Of a DNA stretch of 64,000 bases, positions 43,201 to 51,524 are shown one piece after another. Position 1 is the stretch's first letter. The number at the start of each line of letters is the position of its first letter. The stretch lies in assembly GCA_020184695.1 (NCBI GenBank), contig JAANOX010000241.1:310001-374000 (forward strand), in the 5' to 3' direction. The position numbers and the translations under genes are program-made. A model generated the notes under the pieces. The model had not been told where the DNA came from. It worked only from the letters and a program-made list of their open reading frames with translations, and did not search any database. This stretch comes from Histomonas meleagridis 2922-C6/04-290x. Taxonomy: Eukaryota > Protista > Parabasalia.

Positions 43201-43516
43201 TAATAAAAATAATAAAAACATTTTCGATGAAGAAAGAAATTTGTTGAATCAAAATGATTGGGACGAATTGAGAAAAAGCGTAAACCAATTCGTGAATAAG
43301 TTAAGAAGTATCGGATACATTGTAAAAATCGCACAGAATAATGAGGCGTCTTTAAGGAAGTTGGCCGACGACGCATACGAAAATGGGTACAAAAACGTGA
43401 TTTTGTGCTACAGAAACTTGAGGAGATATGAGTACTTGCTATACTTGGAACACTCGGATAAGGAACTCGAGGAAAAATTGGTGAACTTGTCACATTCGAT
43501 TAAAATATTTTCATAA
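40235..43516 (+). CDS. GCN2: eIF2-alpha kinase, GCN2-like (RWD + kinase with acidic insert + degenerate HisRS-like C-terminus)
   Basis: RWD motif FPPNYP; LGHGGYGSV, YAVK, HRYVVRYYSSWID, LFMQMEYC, IIHRDMKPSNIF, KIGDFGLS, DMYSFGIILFEI. Confidence 0.8.
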   Translation: MNESQMQEFLTVQKIYSNLSIEMSSSDSINVTFSNLVTTIVIQFQFPPNYPQEILTWKIVDEGNLDKFEIERLSKKINQQLQITKGFCSLSPLISLILSVLQNGMSTMYQSPSMPQIKKKTKKAQQENVISNFDEYQLFFFYKALEARGKNQESEQTLDSCIACLQDLGFLTSKKPISYYQEMFQKITNILSNHSETLPSIRDMITAKNIVYAENPSAISHSRFFKLFTIADSLGHGGYGSVIKAINNFDQNIYAVKCVPITEEDSEESLKRECKILSCIEHRYVVRYYSSWIDTCTPAAAKEIYETFHFGDDDLYDSLTATVRVDSTTETVKYWDDETQPLRPKSEDSDGGGDEDDESDGNIVFGPSSFSFHSDDFYFDDTSNEYFTGDDDYISFDHGENLEEDLHNSEEEEESIKEEEEEEEEYEPQKLIFNQNMRFLFMQMEYCSGRSLDEILFHDESFFKDPNRQWKITRQILEGLQYLHELGIIHRDMKPSNIFIDEFGNAKIGDFGLSRLQKRVEGDRLKTNFENPSLLEEEASATGIQGSFPYTAPEVMRGAPYNTSSDMYSFGIILFEIWCRFSTMSERARILRNLVNDHVVPTEWAERYPIIEQIVSSLISSEKRPSARELLQSRSIPLITVKLTTENISDLLVAISSVDIQQSQAANDVLESLFSETRKKQFLVDNQPSITQKEFETNSLLKTTILESFTENLRLFGGSLFKSPIVEPLTTASSNGIKLMLNNGSLYALKSSPWEYMFKEILKNNITHSRYGQILSLYEEHIEEPKTFLTYDIVNVNNNENDITQLLECIEFIKDFISKIDENFKLQLIISNQQLTIDYYHDKMNINEIKEKCNDINNNKIIKLSEISNQIKGKDITDDFISIINNLNLCENCVFDLFSPFLFDYNGISIRVLINDILICRIGLLRNDFIKQLQSLDRSINIINEPSITSCLIYFHEIYNMINTKPIKNRDKILVIPYWKRFVIENNNNNKNNKNIFDEERNLLNQNDWDELRKSVNQFVNKLRSIGYIVKIAQNNEASLRKLADDAYENGYKNVILCYRNLRRYEYLLYLEHSDKELEEKLVNLSHSIKIFS

Positions 43517-43901
43517 TTGTATAATAAAAAAATTGATTTTGTTATAATTCCGCAAATAACGCGTTTTTTAACGTGCAATTTTTCATTATTTTTCATGGAT
43601 ATAAGTAGAAAAGGCTTAATATGAAATTAATAGTTATTTATAAATCACCTGATGTTAATTTTATCATATTCTTATAACAACTTGACAAAATTCGGTAAAT
43701 TTCATATGAAATTTTAATATCCATTTCTTGAAATTCAAAACAGCTTAAAAAATCATTCAGGGAGAATTTTTGCTTGTTAAATTTATGTAACTTTAATGTC
43801 ATTATTTGAAGGATTTTTCATTTGTAGAGTGAGACAAAAAAAATGAATGAAAAAGTGCCGATTGAAGGTAACGGTCGTAATCTGTACGTTAAGGTGTTAT
43901 T

Positions 43902-45149
43902 ATGAGCTTCCCAAGCTCACCACGCTTCAAAAATTTTTCAAAAATTCCTAAAACCACATCATCAACATCACCATATAAACGTGACAGATACAGTATTGGT
44001 TCAACATTAACAAAAGAAAATACACCACCCAATAATTTTAATTCTCCATATACTTCAAAAGACCAAAGAATATCCAAGCCTTCTATTTATATTAGAGACC
44101 TTGATGCAGAAGGTGTTGTTGACGACTTTCCATGTAAACTTATTGATATCAATAAGGATAATGTTATTGCGATTGCTTTAGGTTATTGTGTGTATATTTT
44201 AAGAGATAAAAAAGTTAGGCGCTTGATGGAGAGTAAAGTTCCAATTAATTCTCTTTGTTGGGTAGATGATCTACTAGCATTATCAGCTAATGGTTTTGTT
44301 GAATTTTGGGATGTTACTCGTTGTTGTGCAGTTAAATCACTCAATCAACACAAAAATCGTGCAGTTGCTCTATCATGTTCAGCACAACTTTTCGCAACTG
44401 GTGGATATGATGGTATTATCAATGTTTATGACCTTGAAGGAGAGCCTTTTATTTCATATAAAGCGCATGAAGGTGAAGTTTATTCATTAAGTTGGTCACC
44501 TGAAGGTCGTTGTCTTGCATCTTGTGGAAGTGACAAATGTATTGTCATTAAAGTACAAGAAAAGCCGAATGTTATTCATTTCGATAACTATATTTATGCA
44601 CTTACATGGATTTCTTCAAATATACTTCTTACTGGTGATGATGCAGGTTTTATTCGAATGATAAATATTCGTAGAAACGAAGTTATCGAACTCAATACTA
44701 ATTCACCAGTTACTGGTTTATGTTATACAAAATGGGGTATTATATCAAGTCATGCAAATGGAACATGGAGTATTTATACAACAAATCTACAAAGAATTGC
44801 TAATTATAAAAGTCATAATGCTGAAATATTAAACATAATTTCTAGCATTGATGGAAGTATTGTAGCAACAATTTCATCTGACGAAATATTAAGAATTAAT
44901 CAACTTTCAGATGAAGTACCCATAGAGCAAGATAGTCCATATCGAAGAAATTCATTATTTGGTTCTCCATATAATAATTCGAGTTTTAATACTCCAAGTC
45001 AGCAAACTTTAAACCATTCTTTCCAAAATGTGCAAAGGTTTATTCCTAATTCTCCATATAAATCGCCAAGTGGAACATTATATACAACCCCAACTAAATC
45101 ATACCGGTACGTTACGACTCCAAGAAAATCTTTTCAAAGCCCAAGATGA
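43902..45149 (+). CDS. CDC20: Cdc20/Fizzy-family APC/C activator-like WD40 protein (divergent)
   Basis: C-box-like DRYS; RDLDAEGVVDDFPCKLIDI...VIAIALGYCVYI (compare RVLDAP.L.DDFYLNL.DWS..N.LAVAL); WD40 repeats; many S/T-P sites. Confidence 0.7.
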   Translation: MSFPSSPRFKNFSKIPKTTSSTSPYKRDRYSIGSTLTKENTPPNNFNSPYTSKDQRISKPSIYIRDLDAEGVVDDFPCKLIDINKDNVIAIALGYCVYILRDKKVRRLMESKVPINSLCWVDDLLALSANGFVEFWDVTRCCAVKSLNQHKNRAVALSCSAQLFATGGYDGIINVYDLEGEPFISYKAHEGEVYSLSWSPEGRCLASCGSDKCIVIKVQEKPNVIHFDNYIYALTWISSNILLTGDDAGFIRMINIRRNEVIELNTNSPVTGLCYTKWGIISSHANGTWSIYTTNLQRIANYKSHNAEILNIISSIDGSIVATISSDEILRINQLSDEVPIEQDSPYRRNSLFGSPYNNSSFNTPSQQTLNHSFQNVQRFIPNSPYKSPSGTLYTTPTKSYRYVTTPRKSFQSPR

Positions 45150-45326
45150 CTTTTATAGTTTTTATTATACGAGTAAATAAAGTTCCTGTTTTGAAAATGT
45201 TGTTTTTGTAAGTTGTGAGGGAAACGGTTGTTTTTTGAATTGAAATGACAACTCTCCATAAATAAATTGAATTGACTTTAATTCAAATATGTCAAAAAAA
45301 ATTGAGGTTTTTCAATTCATTCAACG

Positions 45327-46226
45327 ATGAAACGCTTTTGTTCTCGAGCAGTTTCAGGTTTTTGTGAAAGAACAACGTTGTCACATCAATTTTTTTGTTT
45401 ACCAATGGTTTTATATCTATCATTAATCATATACATTTTCCCAATGAAGGCAGAAACCTCAATAACAGATCATAAAATGCGAACGGAAGCTACTCAAGAA
45501 GATCATTTATCGGTGAAATTGAACCCTAATTTAAGGATCAATTCATCAAGTATTTCTGTTCATTCTAATTCGACGTCAATTTCTTATTCTACCGAAGCAA
45601 CTACGTTCACGAATTCATGTAGTTTGACCACAACAACATATATGCCTTCAAGTTCTTTTAAGCAATCATATACATTCACACCATCCAGTAGTTTCAAAAA
45701 CACAGATACATATATCCAATCAAATTCATTCATAAAATCAAGTACATATGTCCAATTAAATTCATCATTATCAAACAATACATATTTGTATTCATCAATA
45801 ACTTTCATAGTTTCATTAACAAATTCGTTTTCAATCATTGAGCATATTACAAACACTTTAATTACGACTCATATCAATATTCATATTACTTATATTTCTA
45901 CACAATTAGTATTTTATGATTATACATTTCTCCAATATTCAACGATTTATAGTTTTTATTCTGATTTCTTCACATTTTATGATGAAGGAGAAATAGCAGT
46001 ATCAGAATATACACTTTCTGAAACCTCATTAATTGGAATTATTTGCGGATCAGTGGTAGGTGTTCTACTTATCATTGGTATTGTTGTTTTCTTGATCAGG
46101 AATCACAAAGGAAGGGAACTTTCAACAAATTCAAGTGAAAACGAAGAAGAAGAATTTGCAGATTTTGAAAAAGTTGACGAAATGTTGCATGAAAATGCGA
46201 TGCAAGATAAAGACCAATGGATTTAA
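45327..46226 (+). CDS. Ser/Thr-rich stalk type I membrane protein, related to the BspA C-terminal stalk
   Basis: SxSF repeats; YDYTFLQYSTIYSFYSDFFT motif; TM IGIICGSVVGVLLIIGIVVFLI. Confidence 0.7.
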   Translation: MKRFCSRAVSGFCERTTLSHQFFCLPMVLYLSLIIYIFPMKAETSITDHKMRTEATQEDHLSVKLNPNLRINSSSISVHSNSTSISYSTEATTFTNSCSLTTTTYMPSSSFKQSYTFTPSSSFKNTDTYIQSNSFIKSSTYVQLNSSLSNNTYLYSSITFIVSLTNSFSIIEHITNTLITTHINIHITYISTQLVFYDYTFLQYSTIYSFYSDFFTFYDEGEIAVSEYTLSETSLIGIICGSVVGVLLIIGIVVFLIRNHKGRELSTNSSENEEEEFADFEKVDEMLHENAMQDKDQWI

Positions 46227-46791
46227 TAAAAAGTATTTGAATTTATAAAAATATAATTTTTTTATATGTAATAAATAATAAGCTCATCATAAATAATCAT
46301 TATGCATATGTATAAATTAATTAATTGAAATGCAATTTATCTGTGAATTTATGAAAAGTCGTGAAAAAATATTCCAAAACTACAAATTTATAATTCTTTG
46401 TATGTGATATCTATGTTTTAATGAATATGAATTACCAGTAATTTTTTAGAATTTCTAGCTTTTTATGAATGTGTCTATTTATGCTTCTCTCTGTAGTTTA
46501 TATATAAACCAAGAACTGTTATTGAAAGCAAAATTTTTGTGGTTTGAATGAAAAAAAAATTTTTTTTGATTGTTTTATTGTTTTGTTACTTGAGAAAACT
46601 ACATGGTTATTCCTTTCACAATACATATTTTATTGTTGTCTTCATTAAACACATATATGTAAGTATTATCCAATAAAAATGTATGCTTCTCTTCCTCTGG
46701 TGATTTTTTGTAGCCGATTTCGTCTGACATATGAAGACTAAAAAAATCTGAGGAAATATTTTATTTAATCCAACACATAGCGAAATCGTGC

Positions 46792-47077
46792 TTAAAATCT
46801 TTTCGCAACCGTTTAAAATCTTTTCGTAACCGTTTAAAATCTTTTCGTAACCGTTTAAAATCTTTTCGTAACCATTTAAAATCTTTTCGCAACCGTTTAA
46901 AATCTTTTCGCAACCGTTTAAAATCTTTTCGCAACCGTTTAAAATCTTTTCGTAACCGTTTAAAATCTTTTCGTAACCGTTTAAAATCTTTTCGTAACCG
47001 TTTAAAATCTTTTCGTAACCGTTTAAAATCTTTTCGCAACCGTTTAAAATCTTTTCATGACCGTTTTGAATCTTTCG
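46792..47077. repeat. 21-bp tandem minisatellite, about 13 copies
   Basis: Unit AACCGTTTAAAATCTTTTCG(C/T). Confidence 0.95.
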
Positions 47078-47108
47078 TGGGTACCTCGAAAATGGTGCAC
47101 TGCTAGCA

Positions 47109-47183
47109 GTGGGCAAACGATAGACAAATTAAATGATCAAGAAACAGTTTTCCACATGAAAAACCATCGCTAAGTCATTCTGA
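47109..47183. repeat. Dispersed repeat, copy 2, inside a 104-bp segment flanked by a 9-bp direct repeat GCTAGCAGT
   Basis: Direct repeats at 47102-47110 and 47215-47223; homologous to 37412-37482. Confidence 0.8.
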
Positions 47184-47258
47184 CATTCGCACCGTCTTCC
47201 CACGGAGCTTTGGCGCTAGCAGTCGTAATAACAAAAGTTGTTTGAGATGTTTCATATA

Positions 47259-50200
47259 TTAAATTTTTTTTTGGTCAAATCTTTTTCTAAAATAAGGAAT
47301 ACATTCATACAAAGTTACAGCGTCATACGCTGCATACAACGCGTGGCCATACGTAAACTTTGTTTTGTTCCATTTAAGCCATCCATTTTCCGTCAAGAAC
47401 TTGAAGTGCACAACTGGCTTCCTCCCGAATGTGCAAACCATTTCATAAAAGTTCAATGAATATCCATAAGACTGAAGAATAGTTTTTTCCACGTCTTCAT
47501 AATCGAATTTATCATTTATAACATTTTCTCCAAACATACTCTTCAGTTTCTTAATATCCACAGAAGCGCCTTTCATAACGAATTTTTGGCTTAATAAAAA
47601 GTTCAATAAAATTTGTTTCGAGTTTGCCTTAAATGGAAAGAAAACATGTATTAATAACGCGCCTTTGGACGTGCACATTTGGAATAGCCTTATTGGATTA
47701 TTAGAATCCTTTATATGATCTGCTTCCCATTCTAAATCTAATGCTATGGGCTTTCCATCTATGAACAAATTAAGAATTTGCGCTAATTTTGGTGAATCTG
47801 TGTTAACTAATAAAATTGGTGTGATTTTGTTGGGGAAAAATTCAAATCCATATATTTGGTTATATTGGAATATGTTGTTCTGGTTAATCCATTCACTCGT
47901 TTTAATGATTCGAATTTGATTTTGTGGTTGCGGAGTTTCTTCAATTTGTTCTTCGCTTGACAATTTTCGTGGCTTTGCTTTCGGTGAGAAAATTATTTGA
48001 TGAGGCGAAGGAATGGAATTTGACGGACTTTGTAAATCATTTTCTTGCTTCGATGGTGTATAATGTATTGGATCATTAGACTTATTGTTTTGCTGCTGTT
48101 GCTGTTGTTGTTTTAATGTTTCTTCATTTGAAGTTTCCTGTTTTGATGGCGTATAATGGAAAGGATCATTAGATTTATTGTTTTGATTTTGCTGTTGTTT
48201 TAATGTTTCTTCATTTGAAGTTTCCTGTTTTGATGGCGTATAATGGAAAGGATCATTAGATTTGTTGTTTTGTTTTTGTTGTTGCTTTTGCTGTTGTTTT
48301 AATGTTTCTTCATTTGAAGTTTCCTGTTTTGATGGCGTATAATGGAAAGGATCATTAGATTTGTTGTTTTGTTTTTGTTGTTGCTTTTGCTGTTGTTTTA
48401 ATGTTTCTTCATTTGAAGTTTCCTGTTTTGATGGCGTATAATGGAAAGGATCATTAGATTTGTTGTTTTGTTTTTGTTGTTGCTTTTGCTGTTGTTTTAA
48501 TGTTTCTTCATTTGAAGTTTCCTGTTTTGATGGTGTATAATGGAAAGGATCATTAGATTTGTTGTTTTGATTTTGTTGTTGTTTTTGCTGTTGTTTTAAT
48601 GTTTCTTCATTTGAAGTTTCCTGTTTTGATGGCGTATAATGGAAAGGATCATTAGATTTGTTGTTTTGATTTTGTTGTTGTTTCATTGTTTCTTTAGTTG
48701 TCTTTTGAATAATATTTTCTTGTTTTGAAGGTGTATATTTAAAGCAGAAAGAATCCTTTGATTTATTGTTTTGCTTTTGCTGTTGTTGCTTTAATGTTTC
48801 TTCATTTGAAGTTTCCTGTTTTGATGGCGTATAATGGAAAGGATCATTAGATTTGTTGTTTTGTTTTTGTTGTTGCTTTTGCTGTTGTTTTAATGTTTCT
48901 TCATTTGAAGTTTCCTGTTTTGATGGCGTATAATGGAAAGGATCATTAGATTTATTGTTTTGCTTTTGTTGTTGTTGTATTATTTCTTCATTTGAAGTTT
49001 CCTGTTTTGATGGTGCATAATGAAAAGGATCATTAGATTTAATGTTTTTCTTTTTTGTTTCAAATGTTTTTTCGAGTTCTTCGAATGAATTGATATATAA
49101 ATCGTTTTTAGTGCAATATCTTATAAAACTCTGCCAAAAAATACCTTCGTCATACATTGGAAAAGTATCCTTTGATCCAAATACAAATAATCCGTATTTT
49201 GCTCGAGTGAATAATATATTTATAACATTTTTATCACCCAACAATTCAAGTTCTTTTTGAGAATTAGCTCTAACACAACTAATAATTACATAATTTTTTT
49301 CTTTACCTTGAAATGAATCAACTGTTTCTATTTTGATATTAATTTGTGATAACTTCATTAAAAGATTTTTTTGTTCAATAAATGGTGTAATAATAACGAA
49401 ATCATTTAAATCATTTCCATTTTGTTTAAGTAAATTTAAAAACTTTAAAATATAATTTGCTTCTTCAACATTATGATATGAATTATTTGCTTCATTAATT
49501 TCATCTTTAGAATTTTGTACATTACAAAAGATAATTGGAATGTCCGAATTTGGAAAATGAAATCCTTTTAATTTCGAATATGTTCGTTGAGTTCCATTTC
49601 GTAAATTATTTTGATAAAAGAAAGTTGAAGATATTTTTGAGATTTCAGGATGCATTCGATATTGTGTATATAGTTTTAATGCTTCACATCCTTTGCGTTC
49701 AAGTTGTTGAATTAAGTTAAAATCAAATAATTTCCCAATGTTTTCTTCTGATTTGATAATTGGCTTTTGTTGCTTCGGATCTCCTAATAAAATTACTCGT
49801 TGTGCACCATGAATTAAAGGAACCATTAATTCAGATGTTACTAAATTACATGCATTATCAATTATAACAACTTTATAACTGATGTTACGTCTTCGGAAAC
49901 AATAACCGCCGGTAGACTCACAACTTGCACAGACGATATCACTTTTTGATATGACCGATAGTTCGTCTAATTTTTGATCTGAAAAAGAATAAGGTACTGG
50001 ATGAAAGAAATTAGCTTTAAAATTGCACCCCTTTGATGATGTTCTACATGCCTTTATATTAGTACGAATAATATAATCAAAAAGTAAATCGACTGAAATG
50101 TCATATTTGGAACATAACAAAACAGGCTTAATCCCTGCTTTTGCAAATGTATAAGCTAATGAAGCAGCAATTAAAGTTTTACCGGTGCCTGCATACCCAA

Positions 50201-51266
50201 TGATGTGTGTAAATTGTTGCGATAGAGCTTTTTGAATAATTTGCATTTGATTTGAATCGAACGATGGAGATTTTGAGAGGGGTCTAAATGGGACCGCCGA
50301 AGATTTGTTCTCTTTGTCAAAGGTTGACTTCTTTCCAAGAATCAAATCTGCAATGAACTTGTTGGTACAGTTTGTATTCCCATTAAATATGTTTAAAGCT
50401 TTTAATTGACGTTTAAATGGTGATCTTCTTGGTTTAGGTGTTATTATCATTATACTAGAGCGATTATTAGACAAAGGGTTATTTTGAAAATAAACAGTAA
50501 CATTCATTTTGTCATCTATTTCAGTAATTTTTCCATTTTCAGTAGATGCTTGATTATGAATAATAAGTTTTGATCCTAAAGTAACCATGGATAAAAACTC
50601 TTTGTTAGCTTGGAAAATGCAATGATTTTTATCTTTCCATTGAACATTTACTTTGATTCGTTTCTTTTCAAATTCTTCAACAACATATCGTTCTTCAGAT
50701 TTGATGAAAGTGGAAAAAACATTACGAAGATCATTCCTTGACTCATACCCAAGTTTATTTGGCAAAACGACTTGAAAAATAGCTGATTGACTTTTTTGGC
50801 AATTTTGGTTTATCTTCTGAATGTTTTCTTTAATTTGATCTGAATCTAATTGAACCATTTCTTGTAGTTCTGGATCTTTGACTATTTCTTTCATAAAATA
50901 TCCTTTTGAAATAAATGGTAGAAAAGAATGACTATCAATATCTTCCATCATAAGTTTTTTGTGAAACTGGCATGTGCTTCGACAAACAACAAACATCCTA
51001 TCTTTTTTGAGTGTATAAGCAATACCTAAATCAAAAATATTTGTCGAGCCGCATATTTGACATTTTAAAGGAACAAGTGAAAATGGATTTGCTTTCGGTA
51101 GAACAACTTTGTCATAACGCTGGTTTATCAAATAATGAACTAAATGACTAAAACCATTCGTAAATGTTCCAATGTTGCAAAAATAAAGTCCTGAGTTTTG
51201 ACACTGAACCAAACAATTTATGTCTTTGACGTGGCAATATGCACACTGTGGTTCAGACTCCATCAA
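47259..51266 (-). CDS. Upf1/Nam7-like SF1 helicase fused to a Q-rich repeat and a C-terminal DEDD 3'-5' exonuclease
   Basis: CH zinc domain (CAYC...C...FCN...SHLVH); GYAGTGKT, IIDNAC, ILLGDPKQ, LYTQYRMHP, VDSFQGKEK, FTRAK; exonuclease IALDLEWE, MKGASVD, YAAYDA. Confidence 0.85.
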   Translation of the reverse strand: MMESEPQCAYCHVKDINCLVQCQNSGLYFCNIGTFTNGFSHLVHYLINQRYDKVVLPKANPFSLVPLKCQICGSTNIFDLGIAYTLKKDRMFVVCRSTCQFHKKLMMEDIDSHSFLPFISKGYFMKEIVKDPELQEMVQLDSDQIKENIQKINQNCQKSQSAIFQVVLPNKLGYESRNDLRNVFSTFIKSEERYVVEEFEKKRIKVNVQWKDKNHCIFQANKEFLSMVTLGSKLIIHNQASTENGKITEIDDKMNVTVYFQNNPLSNNRSSIMIITPKPRRSPFKRQLKALNIFNGNTNCTNKFIADLILGKKSTFDKENKSSAVPFRPLSKSPSFDSNQMQIIQKALSQQFTHIIGYAGTGKTLIAASLAYTFAKAGIKPVLLCSKYDISVDLLFDYIIRTNIKACRTSSKGCNFKANFFHPVPYSFSDQKLDELSVISKSDIVCASCESTGGYCFRRRNISYKVVIIDNACNLVTSELMVPLIHGAQRVILLGDPKQQKPIIKSEENIGKLFDFNLIQQLERKGCEALKLYTQYRMHPEISKISSTFFYQNNLRNGTQRTYSKLKGFHFPNSDIPIIFCNVQNSKDEINEANNSYHNVEEANYILKFLNLLKQNGNDLNDFVIITPFIEQKNLLMKLSQINIKIETVDSFQGKEKNYVIISCVRANSQKELELLGDKNVINILFTRAKYGLFVFGSKDTFPMYDEGIFWQSFIRYCTKNDLYINSFEELEKTFETKKKNIKSNDPFHYAPSKQETSNEEIIQQQQKQNNKSNDPFHYTPSKQETSNEETLKQQQKQQQKQNNKSNDPFHYTPSKQETSNEETLKQQQQKQNNKSKDSFCFKYTPSKQENIIQKTTKETMKQQQNQNNKSNDPFHYTPSKQETSNEETLKQQQKQQQNQNNKSNDPFHYTPSKQETSNEETLKQQQKQQQKQNNKSNDPFHYTPSKQETSNEETLKQQQKQQQKQNNKSNDPFHYTPSKQETSNEETLKQQQKQQQKQNNKSNDPFHYTPSKQETSNEETLKQQQNQNNKSNDPFHYTPSKQETSNEETLKQQQQQQQNNKSNDPIHYTPSKQENDLQSPSNSIPSPHQIIFSPKAKPRKLSSEEQIEETPQPQNQIRIIKTSEWINQNNIFQYNQIYGFEFFPNKITPILLVNTDSPKLAQILNLFIDGKPIALDLEWEADHIKDSNNPIRLFQMCTSKGALLIHVFFPFKANSKQILLNFLLSQKFVMKGASVDIKKLKSMFGENVINDKFDYEDVEKTILQSYGYSLNFYEMVCTFGRKPVVHFKFLTENGWLKWNKTKFTYGHALYAAYDAVTLYECIPYFRKRFDQKKI
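48050..49040 (-). repeat. Coding tandem repeat, about 11 copies of KSNDPFHYTPSKQETSNEETLKQ(n)NN
   Basis: Units of about 75-90 bp differing in poly-Q length. Confidence 0.95.
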
Positions 51267-51524
51267 GAAAGAGTTAAAAAACTATTGCTGTGAAAACTGT
51301 TTTGGCAAAATTTGAATTCATGAATTGACTATCGGCATATTGAAATTGAACATAATGTATTCATTTTCGAGCTATCGTAAATTCTTAATTTGAAAGCCTT
51401 TTTCGGTTGGCACTTTTTACCATGTTTCACTTCGGTTATGTTATGAAAAAGTGGATTCCTTTGTCACTTTTTTGCCGTTCGAACAGTCAAATATTTTTCA
51501 CCTGAAAACTCGCCACTTTTCAAA

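Noticed and set aside
46616-47116. Heptad-repeat ORFs 46616-47116 and 46761-47039 as genes
   Set aside because: Both begin at TTG and consist almost entirely of the 21-bp repeat.
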